The notes beneath the pieces were generated by a model. The model was not told the origin of the DNA. It saw nothing but the letters and a program-made list of their open reading frames with translations, and made no database searches. Made by a program: the position numbers and the translations under genes. Source: an uncultured Gemmatimonadales bacterium (GTDB lineage: Bacteria; Gemmatimonadota; Gemmatimonadetes; Gemmatimonadales; GWC2-71-9). From it: a DNA stretch of 64,000 nt. The stretch is from contig CAWHFW010000002.1 of the NCBI GenBank assembly GCA_963828735.1, positions 480,001 through 544,000 on the forward strand, written 5' to 3'. Shown one piece after another: positions 1 through 10,946 of this stretch; positions within the stretch are counted from its first letter, which is position 1; each line of letters opens with the position of its first letter.

Positions 1-449
1 GACGTCCGCCATGGGGACGAGTGGCGCGCCCTGGCCGCCTGCCGCGAGATCGCGCGAGCGGAAGTTGCTCACGACGCGGATCCCGAACCGCTCGGCCAGC
101 ACCGCGGGTTCGCCGAGCTGCCACGTGACGATCGGCGGCTCATGCCAGATGGTCTGGCCGTGGAAGGCGATGAGCGCCACCTCGGACGCGGGCACCTGCG
201 CCTGCACGAGCAAAGTCTCCACCGCGTCGGCGGCCCACTCCGCGAGGCGCACGTGCAGCCGCGCCAGCGACGTGGTGTCGCCGCCGGTGATCGCGTGGCG
301 CAGCGCGCCACGCTCCTCCGCCGAGTATGGACGGGTGACGAAGTTGAGCAGCTCGGCATGGGAGGGGCCGGTGAGACGGACCAGGGCGGCGTCCATGCCG
401 TCGAGCGATGTGCCGGACATGAGTCCGATGGCCAGCGTCGGGCGCTCGT

Positions 450-453
<4 letters not shown>
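1..453 (-). CDS. anmK: Anhydro-N-acetylmuramic acid kinase (runs off window start)
   Basis: Manual translation from ATG at 453 gives MNERPTLAIGLMSGTSLDGMDAA...FHGQTIWH...QLGEP...RDLAAGGQGAPLVP, the AnmK signature motifs. ATGA overlap with murQ. Confidence 0.95.
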
Positions 454-1380
<927 letters not shown>

Positions 1381-1451
1381 GGCTAAATTAGAGCCCGTGC
1401 GTCGCCCGGGGCAACCTCCCCGACACATTCCTTCCTTCCACGAGGATCCGT

Positions 1452-3190
1452 GTGCGCCTGCATCGCGTCCTGCTGGTTCGCTCGCCGCTGCTCGCGGCCG
1501 CGGCCTGCGCCCACCACCCGAGCCCGGGCACCCCCGGTCTCGCGACTGGCGTCGCCTCCGACTGGACCTTCGCCGGCCGGGCCAGAGTCACCGAGGGCTC
1601 GCGCGCGATGGTGGTGGCGGGCAGCGGCATCGCCAGCGAGGTGGGGCGAGACATCCTGCAGCACGGTGGCAACGCGGTGGACGCGGCGGTGGCGGTGGGC
1701 TTCGCCCTCGCGGTGGTGCATCCCGAGGCGGGCAACCTGGGCGGGGGCGGATTCATGGTGATCCGACTCAAGGATGGCACGGTCGCAGACGCTCGACTAC
1801 CGCGAGACGGCGCCCGGCTCGCGTGCCACACGCGACATGTACCTCGACGAGCACGGGCGAACCGACCGATCGCAGCCTGACACGGGCACCTCGCCGCCGG
1901 CGTGCCTGGAGCGGTCGCGGGCCTGACCGAGGCGCCTGCACCGGTACGGCACGCTCCCGCTCGCGACGGTGATCGCGCCGGCCATCCGGCTGGCGCGCGA
2001 CGGATTCGTCGTCGACGAATACCGCAGCAGGTCCATCGGAGGCGACAGTGCTCGACTCGTCCTGTTCCCCGCCTCGCGTGCGAGCTTCCTCCCCAACGGC
2101 GCGCCGCCGGTCCCCGGCACAGTGCTCCGGCAGCCCGATCTGGCCACGACGCTCGAGGCGATCCGCGATCGCGGGCGCCGACGGGTTCTACCGGGGCCCG
2201 GTCGCGGACCTGATGGTCGCCGAGATGGACCGCGGCGGCGGCCTCATCTCGCATGACGACCTGGCGGGATATCACGCGATCTGGCGCGATCCGATCAAGG
2301 TCCGCTACCGCGGCTACACCATCTACTCGATGCCGCCCGCGTCCTCCGGCGGCGTGACGATGGGCGAGATCTTGAACATCATGGAGGGGTACGATCCGCT
2401 GCCTCCGTTCGGCACGCCAGCGCTGGTCCATCTCGAGGCGGAGGCGATGCGCCGAGCGTTTACCGATCGGAACAGGTACCTGGGCGACCCGGCCTTCGTG
2501 CAGAACCCGACGGACCGACTGCTGTCAAAGGCCTACGCCGCCGAGCTGCGCAGGGGCATCGGCGAGCGCGCCACGCCGACCGCGACGTTCACGCCGGCGG
2601 TCCGTGCCGGCGCCTCGACGACCCACTACTCGGTGGTAGACCAAGACGGCGTAGCCGTGAGCTGCACTACGACGCTCAACGACAGCTACGGCAGCGCGGT
2701 AACCGTCACCGGCGCGGGCTTCCTCCTCAACGACGAGATGGACGATTTCGCGACCGCGCCCGGCAAGCCCAACATGTATGGCCTGGTCCAGGGCGAGGCG
2801 AACGCCATCGCGCCGGGCAAGCGCATGCTCTCCGCCATGACGCCGAGCCTGGTGCTCGACCCGGAGGGCCGGCTCCTCATGGTCGTGGGAACGCCGGGCG
2901 GTCCGCGCATCATCACGATGGTGTACCACGTGATCTCCAACGTCATCGATCACCACATGCCGCTGGCGCAGGCAGTCGAGATGCCGCGCATGCACCACCA
3001 GGGATTGCCGGACACGCTCAAGGTCGAGCAGGGCGGCTTTCCGCCGGCGACCATGGACAGCCTTCGAGCCCGCGGGCACGCGATCGGGATCGGGGGCTAC
3101 TGGGGTGACGTCGAGGCGATCATGCGGACCCCAAAGGGTTGGGAGGGCGTGAGCGATCCGCGGCGCGGAGGCGGAGGGGCGGGCTACTAG
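1452..3190 (+). CDS. ggt: Gamma-glutamyltransferase (several frameshifts at about 1790-2180)
   Basis: [26 protein letters not shown], catalytic [33 protein letters not shown]. Spread over ORFs 1452, 1969 and 2048. Confidence 0.93.
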
Positions 3191-3213
3191 CACCCATGAT
3201 CGGGGGCGGAAAT

Positions 3214-3270
3214 GAGCGAGGGATCTCCTCCGACACTGGCTCGCGCCAGTCCGGAGCAGATCCCTCGCTC
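3214..3270. repeat. REP-like long stem-loop between convergent genes
   Basis: GAGCGAGGGATCT...ACTGGC-TCGC-GCCAGT...AGATCCCTCGCTC, with 13-bp perfect outer arms. Confidence 0.75.
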
Positions 3271-3290
3271 GCTGGTCAGGAAGCGGGGGG

Positions 3291-4130
3291 CTAGGTGCCG
3301 GCCAGCAGCTGCTGGTCCAGCGTCAGCGTGACCTGCGTGCCCGAGGGCAGGACGACGTCGCGGTCCTTCGTCTCGACCGCCCGCTGAGCGCCGACCGCGC
3401 CGCCGAGAACGCCGCCGATGATGGCGCCCTTGCTGCTGCCGCCGATGATCCGCCCGATAATGGCGCCGGCCGCGGTGCCCGCGCCGACCTTGGCGATATC
3501 GCCGCCACCGGTCTTGCGACCCTGCAGTGTGGTCTTCACGCCCGAGATCGATGCCGAGAGGGGCTTCGTCCCGCCGGCCATCGCGATCGAGGTTGGCTTG
3601 AGAGTGAGCGTACCGGTGCTATCGCCCTTGTTCTCGGATTCTTTGATCGCGGTCACCTCCAGGGTGACCTTGGAGCCCGCCGGGATCACGACCTGGCCCG
3701 CGGCGTTCTTCACATCGGCCGCGACGGTGGCGGTCACCGTATCGCCGACCTTGTTCTTGCCCGAGCGCACTTCGGCGTCCATCGTGGCCGAGAACGACGC
3801 CCCGGCATCGAGGGCGCTGGGAGCTGCGGGCGCCGGCGCAGGCGCGGCGGGCGCCGGAGCCGCCGCCGCGGGCGGAGCGGCCGGCTTGGGCGTCGGCTTG
3901 GGCTTCGGCGCCGCCGGCTTGGGAGTCGGTGGTGGCGTCGGCGCGGGCGCCGGAGCGGCGGCGGGGGCGGTGTCCGCGGCCGGCCGGTCGTTCAGCGTCG
4001 CGGTCGTGTCCACGGGCGCGAGCTGCAGGTCACGGCTCAGGCTGTCGGCGGACGCGACATCACGCTTGTCGCCCCGACCGCACGCGGCGGCCGCGAGCAG
4101 CGTGAGCGCGGCCAGCATGGTTCTCGACAT
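3291..4130 (-). CDS. Lipoprotein with Pro/Ala-rich linker, beta-rich domain and glycine-zipper motif
   Basis: GAGGAG RBS; signal peptide LLAAAA-C; PAPAP linker; GAGTAAGAIIGRIIGGSSKGAIIGGVLGGAVG. Confidence 0.8.
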   Translation of the reverse strand: MSRTMLAALTLLAAAACGRGDKRDVASADSLSRDLQLAPVDTTATLNDRPAADTAPAAAPAPAPTPPPTPKPAAPKPKPTPKPAAPPAAAAPAPAAPAPAPAAPSALDAGASFSATMDAEVRSGKNKVGDTVTATVAADVKNAAGQVVIPAGSKVTLEVTAIKESENKGDSTGTLTLKPTSIAMAGGTKPLSASISGVKTTLQGRKTGGGDIAKVGAGTAAGAIIGRIIGGSSKGAIIGGVLGGAVGAQRAVETKDRDVVLPSGTQVTLTLDQQLLAGT

Positions 4131-4191
4131 CGTCTCCTCCTCGGTGATGTGACTTGCCGGGGTCAGGCGCCACGGTGACATTCCACCGATC

Positions 4192-5967
4192 ATGACTGAA
4201 CTGCGGGCTCTGCTCCCCTATCTGCGGCCCTACCGGCGCGACTACGCGATCGGCATGGCGATGGTCGTCCTGTCCAACGCCTTCGTGACGCGCGGAGTCA
4301 AGTACATCGAACAGGCCATCGACGCGCTACGGACCGGCGCCGGGTTCCCGGCGGTTCAGCGCGCCATCTGGCTGCTTCTGGCGGTCGCGCTGGTCGGCGG
4401 GGTCGCCCGGTACGGCATGCGCGAACTCTTGAACAGTGGCAGCCGCCGCGTCGAGACGGACCTGCGCGACCACCTGTACAGACATTTGCAGCGGATGTCG
4501 GCCGAATTCTACGACCGATACCCGACCGGCGATGTGATGGCCCGCACCACCAACGACCTGCTCGCCGTCCGGATGGTGGCGGGCCCGGCCGTCATGTACA
4601 TAGTGGATACTACCATCCGCACTCTGCTAATTGCACCCGCGATGGTGGGGATCAATCCTCGCCTCACGCTACTCGCGCTCGTCCCCTTGCTCGGACTTCC
4701 GGTGGCCATGGTGTCGCTCGGGCAGCGGATTCATCGGCGTAGCCAGGCCATCCAGGAACAGTTCAGCGATCTCACCACGCAGGCGCACGAGAACCTGAGC
4801 GGCGTTCGGGTGGTGCGGGCGTATCGGCAGGAGCACGCCGAGATCGAGGCCTTCCGCCGCCTGAGCGACGAGTACCTCGGGCGCAACGTGGAGCTGGCCA
4901 GGATCCAGGGCGTCTTCTTCCCCCTTCTGACGCTCCTCGGCGGCCTGAGCGCGCTGGTGGTGCTCTACGTCGGTGGACGCCTGGTCATGACTGGCACGAT
5001 CACGGTCGGGGCCTTCGTTGCCTTCGGCGTGTACCTCGCGATGCTGGTCTGGCCGATGATCGCGCTGGGCTGGGCGGTCAATCTGGTGCAGCGCGGAGCC
5101 GCATCGATGGGCCGGATCAACCAGCTCTTCCGGGAGCGCGAGGCGATCGCCGAGCCCGCGGCGCCGCTCGCGCTGCCGCCGGCACACGGGGGCCGCGTCG
5201 TCGAGTTCCGGAGCGTCTCGTTCACCTATCCCGGGGCGCGTGACCGCGGAGCAGTGCTGCACGACATCTCCTTCAGGGTGGACGCGGGGCGGTCGCTCGC
5301 CATCGTCGGCGCCACTGGCGCCGGCAAGTCGACGCTGGTGGACCTGATCGTGCGCGCATACGACCCGGAGGCGGGCGCCGTCCTGCTCGATGGTGTGGAC
5401 ATTCGTCGCCTGCAACTCGCGGAGCTCCGCGAGGCGGTCGGCTTCGTCCCCCAGGAGACCTTCCTCTTCAGCGAGACGCTCCGGGACAACGTGCTACTCG
5501 GCGCGCCCGACGACGGCCGGCTGGAGCGGGTGTCGGACGTGGCCCAGCTCACCGAGGCCCTGCCCGCCCTGCCCAAAGGCTTCGATACGATGCTGGGCGA
5601 GCGCGGCATCAATCTGAGCGGCGGCCAGAAGCAGCGGAGCGCCATCGCCCGGGCGTTGGCGCAGGACCCGCCGGTGTTCGTGCTGGACGACGCGCTGAGC
5701 GCGGTAGATGCGCAGACGGAGGCCAAGATCCTTCGCGCCCTGCGAGGCGCGCTGGTCGGGCGCACCAGCATCATCGTGTCCCACCGTCTCGCGGCCGTGC
5801 GCGACGCGGACTGGATTCTGGTGCTGGAACAGGGCCGGGTCGTGGAGGAGGGGCGCCACACCGATCTGATTGCGCGCGGCGGACGCTACTGGGAGCTGCT
5901 GAGGCGCCAGCAGCTCGAAGAGGAGCTCGAGGAAACCGACGCCGCCGAAGTGGCGCCGACGGTCTGA
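4192..5967 (+). CDS. ABC exporter, fused permease/ATPase (MdlA/MsbA-like)
   Basis: TM domain, Walker A GATGAGKS, LSGGQKQR, VLDD, SHRL. Confidence 0.93.
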   Translation: MTELRALLPYLRPYRRDYAIGMAMVVLSNAFVTRGVKYIEQAIDALRTGAGFPAVQRAIWLLLAVALVGGVARYGMRELLNSGSRRVETDLRDHLYRHLQRMSAEFYDRYPTGDVMARTTNDLLAVRMVAGPAVMYIVDTTIRTLLIAPAMVGINPRLTLLALVPLLGLPVAMVSLGQRIHRRSQAIQEQFSDLTTQAHENLSGVRVVRAYRQEHAEIEAFRRLSDEYLGRNVELARIQGVFFPLLTLLGGLSALVVLYVGGRLVMTGTITVGAFVAFGVYLAMLVWPMIALGWAVNLVQRGAASMGRINQLFREREAIAEPAAPLALPPAHGGRVVEFRSVSFTYPGARDRGAVLHDISFRVDAGRSLAIVGATGAGKSTLVDLIVRAYDPEAGAVLLDGVDIRRLQLAELREAVGFVPQETFLFSETLRDNVLLGAPDDGRLERVSDVAQLTEALPALPKGFDTMLGERGINLSGGQKQRSAIARALAQDPPVFVLDDALSAVDAQTEAKILRALRGALVGRTSIIVSHRLAAVRDADWILVLEQGRVVEEGRHTDLIARGGRYWELLRRQQLEEELEETDAAEVAPTV

Positions 5968-6071
5968 GGGGACGAACTAGTCGGGCGGCGCGGCCCCAGA
6001 GGCACTGAGGAGCGGGGAACGGCACCTTGCGCCGCTCCCCACCCCTGCGCGCCTTGGGCCCCTCCGGGTCC

Positions 6072-6800
6072 CTAGATTTTTTCCCGGAGGACGTCGGGCG
6101 TGAACTGCTGCAGCCAGCCTGCCAATCTGGTGAACTCCCCCGTGGTCATCAGGATTCCCACGAAGATGAGCAACGCACCGCTCACCCGCATCACCCACGG
6201 CAGATAGCGCCGGAAGCGCTGGAACCAGTCCAGAAACGCGTCCAACGCCACGGCGGCCAGCAGGAACGGGACCGCCAGACCCGCCGAGTACACGGCGAGA
6301 AGAAGCAGGCCCCGCGTGAGGTCGTGCGATGTCGCCGCGAGCCCGAGGATCGCGCCCAGCACGGGCCCGATGCATGGCGTCCAACCGGCCCCGAAGGCCA
6401 TGCCGACCAGCGCCGATCCGAGGTATCCCACTGGCTTCTGGTCCACCTGGAGCCGACGCTCCTGGTTCAGGAACGGCGCCTTGACGACGCCCAGACAGAT
6501 CAGCCCGAACAGGATGATCAGGGCGCCGCCGATGCGCTGGAGCCATTGCTGGTAGTAGTTGAGCGCGCGGCCGAGGGCAGTGGCGCTGGCGCCGAGCACC
6601 ATGAAGACCAGCGTGAAGCCGAGCACGAACAGGAGCGCGTGCCCGAGTGCCACGCGGCGCCGAGCCGCCACCTCCGGCAGGCTCATCCCGGTGAGAAACC
6701 CGATGTAGGACGGCACCAGCGGCAACACGCACGGCGAGAGGAAGCTCAACAGCCCGGCCGCGAACGCGACGAACAGCCCGAGGGTGGCGGGCTCGCTCAC
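6072..6800 (-). CDS. ccdA: Cytochrome c biogenesis protein CcdA
   Basis: SFLSPCVLPLVPSY and GWTPCIGP motifs. Confidence 0.93.
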   Translation of the reverse strand: MSEPATLGLFVAFAAGLLSFLSPCVLPLVPSYIGFLTGMSLPEVAARRRVALGHALLFVLGFTLVFMVLGASATALGRALNYYQQWLQRIGGALIILFGLICLGVVKAPFLNQERRLQVDQKPVGYLGSALVGMAFGAGWTPCIGPVLGAILGLAATSHDLTRGLLLLAVYSAGLAVPFLLAAVALDAFLDWFQRFRRYLPWVMRVSGALLIFVGILMTTGEFTRLAGWLQQFTPDVLREKI

Positions 6801-7267
6801 AGCGCGCCCAGCTCCTGCTGCCGGCACTGCCGGCAGACCCCGTAGATCTCGACCCGGTGGCGGCCATGCTGGAACGCGTGCTCATCAGCGATGATCGGGA
6901 GCATCCGCTCGAGCCGCTCGTTCTGAAACTCCACGACGCGTCCGCAGCGCTCGCAGATCAGGTGCTCGTGGTGCGCCTGCGCCGGCATCGGCTCGTAGCG
7001 CTTGAAGCCCTCGCCGAAGTCGTGCGCGCGCACGAGGCCGCTCTCGACCAGCACGTCGAGTGTGCGATACACGGTGGCGGTGCCGACGTGCTCGCCGCGC
7101 TCCTTGAGCGCGCGGCGAATGCCTTCGACCGACGGATGGTCATCCGACAGGAGGACGATCTGCGCGACCAGGTCGCGCTGGCGGGTGACAGGCTGGCGGT
7201 GCTCGCGGAGATAGCGCCGAAAGCGCTCGAGGAGGGCCGCGCCCTCGCCGCTAGCGAGGCTGGGCAT
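6797..7267 (-). CDS. fur: Fur-family transcriptional regulator
   Basis: TRQR, ATVYRTL, HHEHLICERCG, YGVCRQC. Confidence 0.9.
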   Translation of the reverse strand: MPSLASGEGAALLERFRRYLREHRQPVTRQRDLVAQIVLLSDDHPSVEGIRRALKERGEHVGTATVYRTLDVLVESGLVRAHDFGEGFKRYEPMPAQAHHEHLICERCGRVVEFQNERLERMLPIIADEHAFQHGRHRVEIYGVCRQCRQQELGAL

Positions 7268-7613
7268 CGGCGGCCGCCGCGAAGAACTCCTCGGGCGGCA
7301 CGGGCACCGGCGGCTGCTCGTCGTCGATGCGGCGCTGCGCGTCGTTGAGCAGCTGGGCCAGGGCCTCGACCGGTCCGCTTCCCACCTCGGCCACCGACGC
7401 CTCGAACTTGCCACGCTCCTTGCCCTTGATGGCCAGCATGTAGCGAGCCGTGTAGATCCGGCGCCGCTCGCCATCCACCCGCGACAGGATCGCGGTGCCC
7501 CACTCGCGGCCCTCGTGACGCAGGGTCGTGAACACCCAGACGCCGTCCACCTCGGCCGGCGGCACCTGCTCCGCCACCGCGGCCGCAAGCCGGGGCCAGC
7601 CAAGCCCGGTCAT
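7251..7613 (-). CDS. Conserved hypothetical protein (120 aa)
   Basis: Overlaps both neighbours; globular composition (MTGLGWPRLAAAVAEQ...). Confidence 0.75.
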   Translation of the reverse strand: MTGLGWPRLAAAVAEQVPPAEVDGVWVFTTLRHEGREWGTAILSRVDGERRRIYTARYMLAIKGKERGKFEASVAEVGSGPVEALAQLLNDAQRRIDDEQPPVPVPPEEFFAAAADAQPR

Positions 7614-8701
7614 GTGCCGCTCTGCTCCCATCGCTCCGTGTAGAATCGCAACACGTGCATGAAGTCCTGGGCATTGGTCACGACCCCGTAGGCCTGGTGA
7701 GTGCCCCGGTCCTTGAGCTTGTTCACCACGAACTCGGTCTGATCGACGCAAATGGTCATGAGCGGCGCCGGGCCCTGATCGCCGAGGTAGAACGCCGGCA
7801 GCATGTTGCCCACCGCGATCGCGTGCAGCGCCGTCGCCACAAAGATGGCACCCGTCGCCTTGACCGTGTGCTCGCGCATCGCATCCTGCGCGGCCAGCGT
7901 CTCGCTGTAAACGCCGGGCAACGGGCCGTCATCGCGAATGGACCCCGCCAGCACGTAGGGCACGTGCTGCGACACGAGCGCATGCATGATCCCGCTCTTG
8001 ATGAGGCCCGTCTCGACGGCGCGCTCGATCGAGCCGGCGGCCCGCACGCGGTTGATCGCCCGCATGTGGAGGCCGTGGCCGCCTTCGGTCGGCTGCCCGG
8101 TGTTGGTCATCCCGAGGGTAGTGCCGAAGATCGCCGCCTCGATGTCGTGCACCGCGACCGCGTTGCCCGCGAGCACCGCCTGCACGTACCCCTGCCGGAT
8201 GAACCACTCGAAATCCGCCCGGGCGCGCGAGTGCACCAGCGCCGGCCCGACGACCCAGACGAGGTACCCGCCGCGACGCTTCTCCTCGCCGACGCGCGCG
8301 GCCAGCTCCTCGTAATTGACCGGCCGCTCGCGGCTCACCTCGGTGGACATGAAACGGAATTCATTGGCCCCGTGACCGCCGCCCAGGAACCCTTCCGAGT
8401 GGACCACGATGCCGTCGGTACCGTCCTCGGCTTCGCCCATGGCCACGAGGTCACCCTTCCGCAGCCGGCGCGGCTCGATGGTCTCGATTGCACGGTCGCG
8501 TTTCACCAGGACGCAGTCCATCCGCGGCCGCGTCGGGGCGAGCCAGCGCCCGTCCACGTGAACGTACGTCGGAAGGTTGGACGTCGAGAAGAAGCCTTCG
8601 GGCAGGACGCCGTCGGCCGGAAGGGGGGCAAACCGAGCCTCCGGCGAGCCCGCGAACGGAGGCCGCGCGAAGTCCGGCAGCGCCTTGTGAGTCGTGGTCA
8701 T
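7610..8701 (-). CDS. TIGR00300 / LOR-SDH-domain protein (ArgZ C-terminal-like ornithine cyclodeaminase family)
   Basis: PEGFFSTSNLPT, FRFMSTEVSRE, GNAVAVHDIE, LAGSIRDDGPLP, LHAIAVGNMLP, KLKDRG. Confidence 0.85.
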   Translation of the reverse strand: MTTTHKALPDFARPPFAGSPEARFAPLPADGVLPEGFFSTSNLPTYVHVDGRWLAPTRPRMDCVLVKRDRAIETIEPRRLRKGDLVAMGEAEDGTDGIVVHSEGFLGGGHGANEFRFMSTEVSRERPVNYEELAARVGEEKRRGGYLVWVVGPALVHSRARADFEWFIRQGYVQAVLAGNAVAVHDIEAAIFGTTLGMTNTGQPTEGGHGLHMRAINRVRAAGSIERAVETGLIKSGIMHALVSQHVPYVLAGSIRDDGPLPGVYSETLAAQDAMREHTVKATGAIFVATALHAIAVGNMLPAFYLGDQGPAPLMTICVDQTEFVVNKLKDRGTHQAYGVVTNAQDFMHVLRFYTERWEQSGT

Positions 8702-8796
8702 TTGCGGGAGGAAACTAGAGGGGGCGAAGGGGGGATACAAGCACCGCGCATGGCACTCGGGGCCGTTTAGGTTTCACGCCAACCCGAGGAGACCTC

Positions 8797-10918
8797 ATGC
8801 GCCAATTCGCCCAGATGTTGATCGCAGTCCTCGTCGCCCCCTCCCTCGCCGCCCAGGTGCCGGCACCCGCCGATACCACTCGCCGCGACACCACGCACGT
8901 CACCGAGCTCCCGGAGCTCAACGTGACCGTGACGCGGACGACCGAGCCGTTGACGCGCGTGCCGTTCGCGACCGGCGTCCTCGATCGCACGGCGCTGCAG
9001 CGAGGCCAACAGACGGTCGGCATCGACGAGGCGCTCAACAACATCCCGGGTGTGGTCGTCTCGAACCGGTACAACTATTCGCTCGACCAGCGCATCTCCA
9101 TCCGCGGCTTCGGGAGCCGCTCCAATTTCGGCGTGCGCGGGCTCAAGATCCTGGTGGATGGAGTTCCGCAGACGCTTCCCGACGGCCAAAGCCAGCTCAC
9201 CAACGTGGACTTCGGAAACCTCGAGCGTGCCGAAGTCCTCCGCGGCTCCGCCTCGTCGCTCTACGGGAACGCGTCCGGCGGCGTCATCTCGTTCGAGACC
9301 ATGGGCGCCGCGCAGGCGCCGATCGCCCAGCGCGTGCGGTTTCAGGGCGGAGGCGGCGAGCGGGACGGCGACGGTTTCTACAAGTGGCAGAGCTGGACAT
9401 CCGCTCGGTCGGGCAGCGCGAGCGGGACGCTGTCGATCTCGCAATTCAAGGCCGACGGCTTCCGGCAGCACAGCGCCGGGGAGACCCGACAGCTCAACGC
9501 CGGCGTGGACTACGCCTTCAGCGGCACGACGCTCGGTCGGGTCCGACTGAGCCTGGCGGACAACCCGGAGGCGCAAAATCCGGGAGCGCTGACACGCAAC
9601 GAGTATGTCGCCAATCGGGATTCGGCCGCGGCCTCCAACATCCTCCGCGGCGCCGATAAGGACGTTCAGCAGCAGCAGCTCTCGCTCGGCCTTCAGCATT
9701 TCGACGCCGCGGGCAACGAATACGAGGTGACGGTGTTCGGCGTGCTTCGCAATCTGGCCAATCCGCTCGCGGCGCCGCCCGACATCAATCCGGGACCGAC
9801 GGCAGGCACCTTCGTCACCATCGACCGTGCCGTGGCGGGGCTTCGGCTGAGCGGCAGCCGACGGCTCGGCACGGGCGAGATGGCACCCCGGCTGGTGGCC
9901 GGCGCTGACCTGCAAGGCCTGCGGGACGATCGGACGAACGCCGTATCGGATGCCGGGACGCCGACGGACCAGATCTTTCTCGACCAGCGGGAAAGGGTCA
10001 CCGAGCTCGGCCCGTTCGCCCAGCTCCAATGGAGCCCACACGCAGCAGCTCCTGCTGAACGGCGGCGCGCGCTACGACTGGGTCCACTTCTCCGTGGAGG
10101 ACCACTACCTGGGCGACGGATCCGACGACAGCGGCGCGCGCACGATGTCGTCGCTGAGCGGGAACGTGGGGGCCAGCTGGTCGTTCGGCGACCCGTTCGT
10201 GCCTTACGTGAACGTCTCCACGTCCTTCGAGACCCCGACCACCACGGAGCTCGCGAACCAGCCGGACGGCTCGGGCGGCTTCAATCCGGATCTGGGTCCG
10301 CAACGCGCCGTCAACTACGAGATCGGGGCACGAGGGCAGGCCGCGCCCGGGGTCACCTATTCCGTGGCCCTGTTCCTGGGCCGGATCACGGATGCGATCG
10401 TCCAGGTCGGTGAGATCGGGGGCCGCGCGTTCTTCGGCAACACAGGGAAGACGCACAACGACGGGGCCGAGATCGGGCTCACCGTCACGCCCACGGCGGG
10501 TGTCACCCTGAGCGGTGCCTACACCTACGCGCATTACCGCTTCGCGAGCGGCGACTTCGACGGCAACAAGCTTCCCGGCGTGCCGGATAATTTCGTGCGG
10601 ATCGGGCTCCGGACCTCCCTGCCCCGCGGGTTCTTCCTCGATGCCGACCAGACGATCAGCTCGTCGGTGCCCGCCGACGACGCCAACACGATCATCATCG
10701 ACTCGTGGGACGCGGGAGTCACCAATGCCCGGCTCGGCTGGCAGGGTGTCGCGGGCACCCTGCAACTCGGCCCGTTTCTGGGCGTGAACAACCTGTGGGA
10801 TCGGCAGTACGTCGGGTCGGTGACGCTCAACGGCATCGGCGGGCGCGTGTTCGAGCCCGCACCGAGGCGGGTGATCTATCTGGGAGCGGAGATCGGATAT
10901 CGGACGGCGGGCGAGTAG
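8797..10918 (+). CDS. TonB-dependent receptor (YncD-like; frameshift at about 10040)
   Basis: Signal peptide; plug motifs ISIRGFG..FGVRG..ILVDG and EVLRGSASSLYGNASGGVI; FETPT; C-terminal FEPAPRR beta strand. Confidence 0.9.
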
Positions 10919-10946
10919 AGGGGTCGGACAATCGTGGCCTTCACCG

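Noticed and set aside
3820..3990. Low-complexity GC repeats
   Set aside because: They encode the Pro/Ala linker of the lipoprotein.
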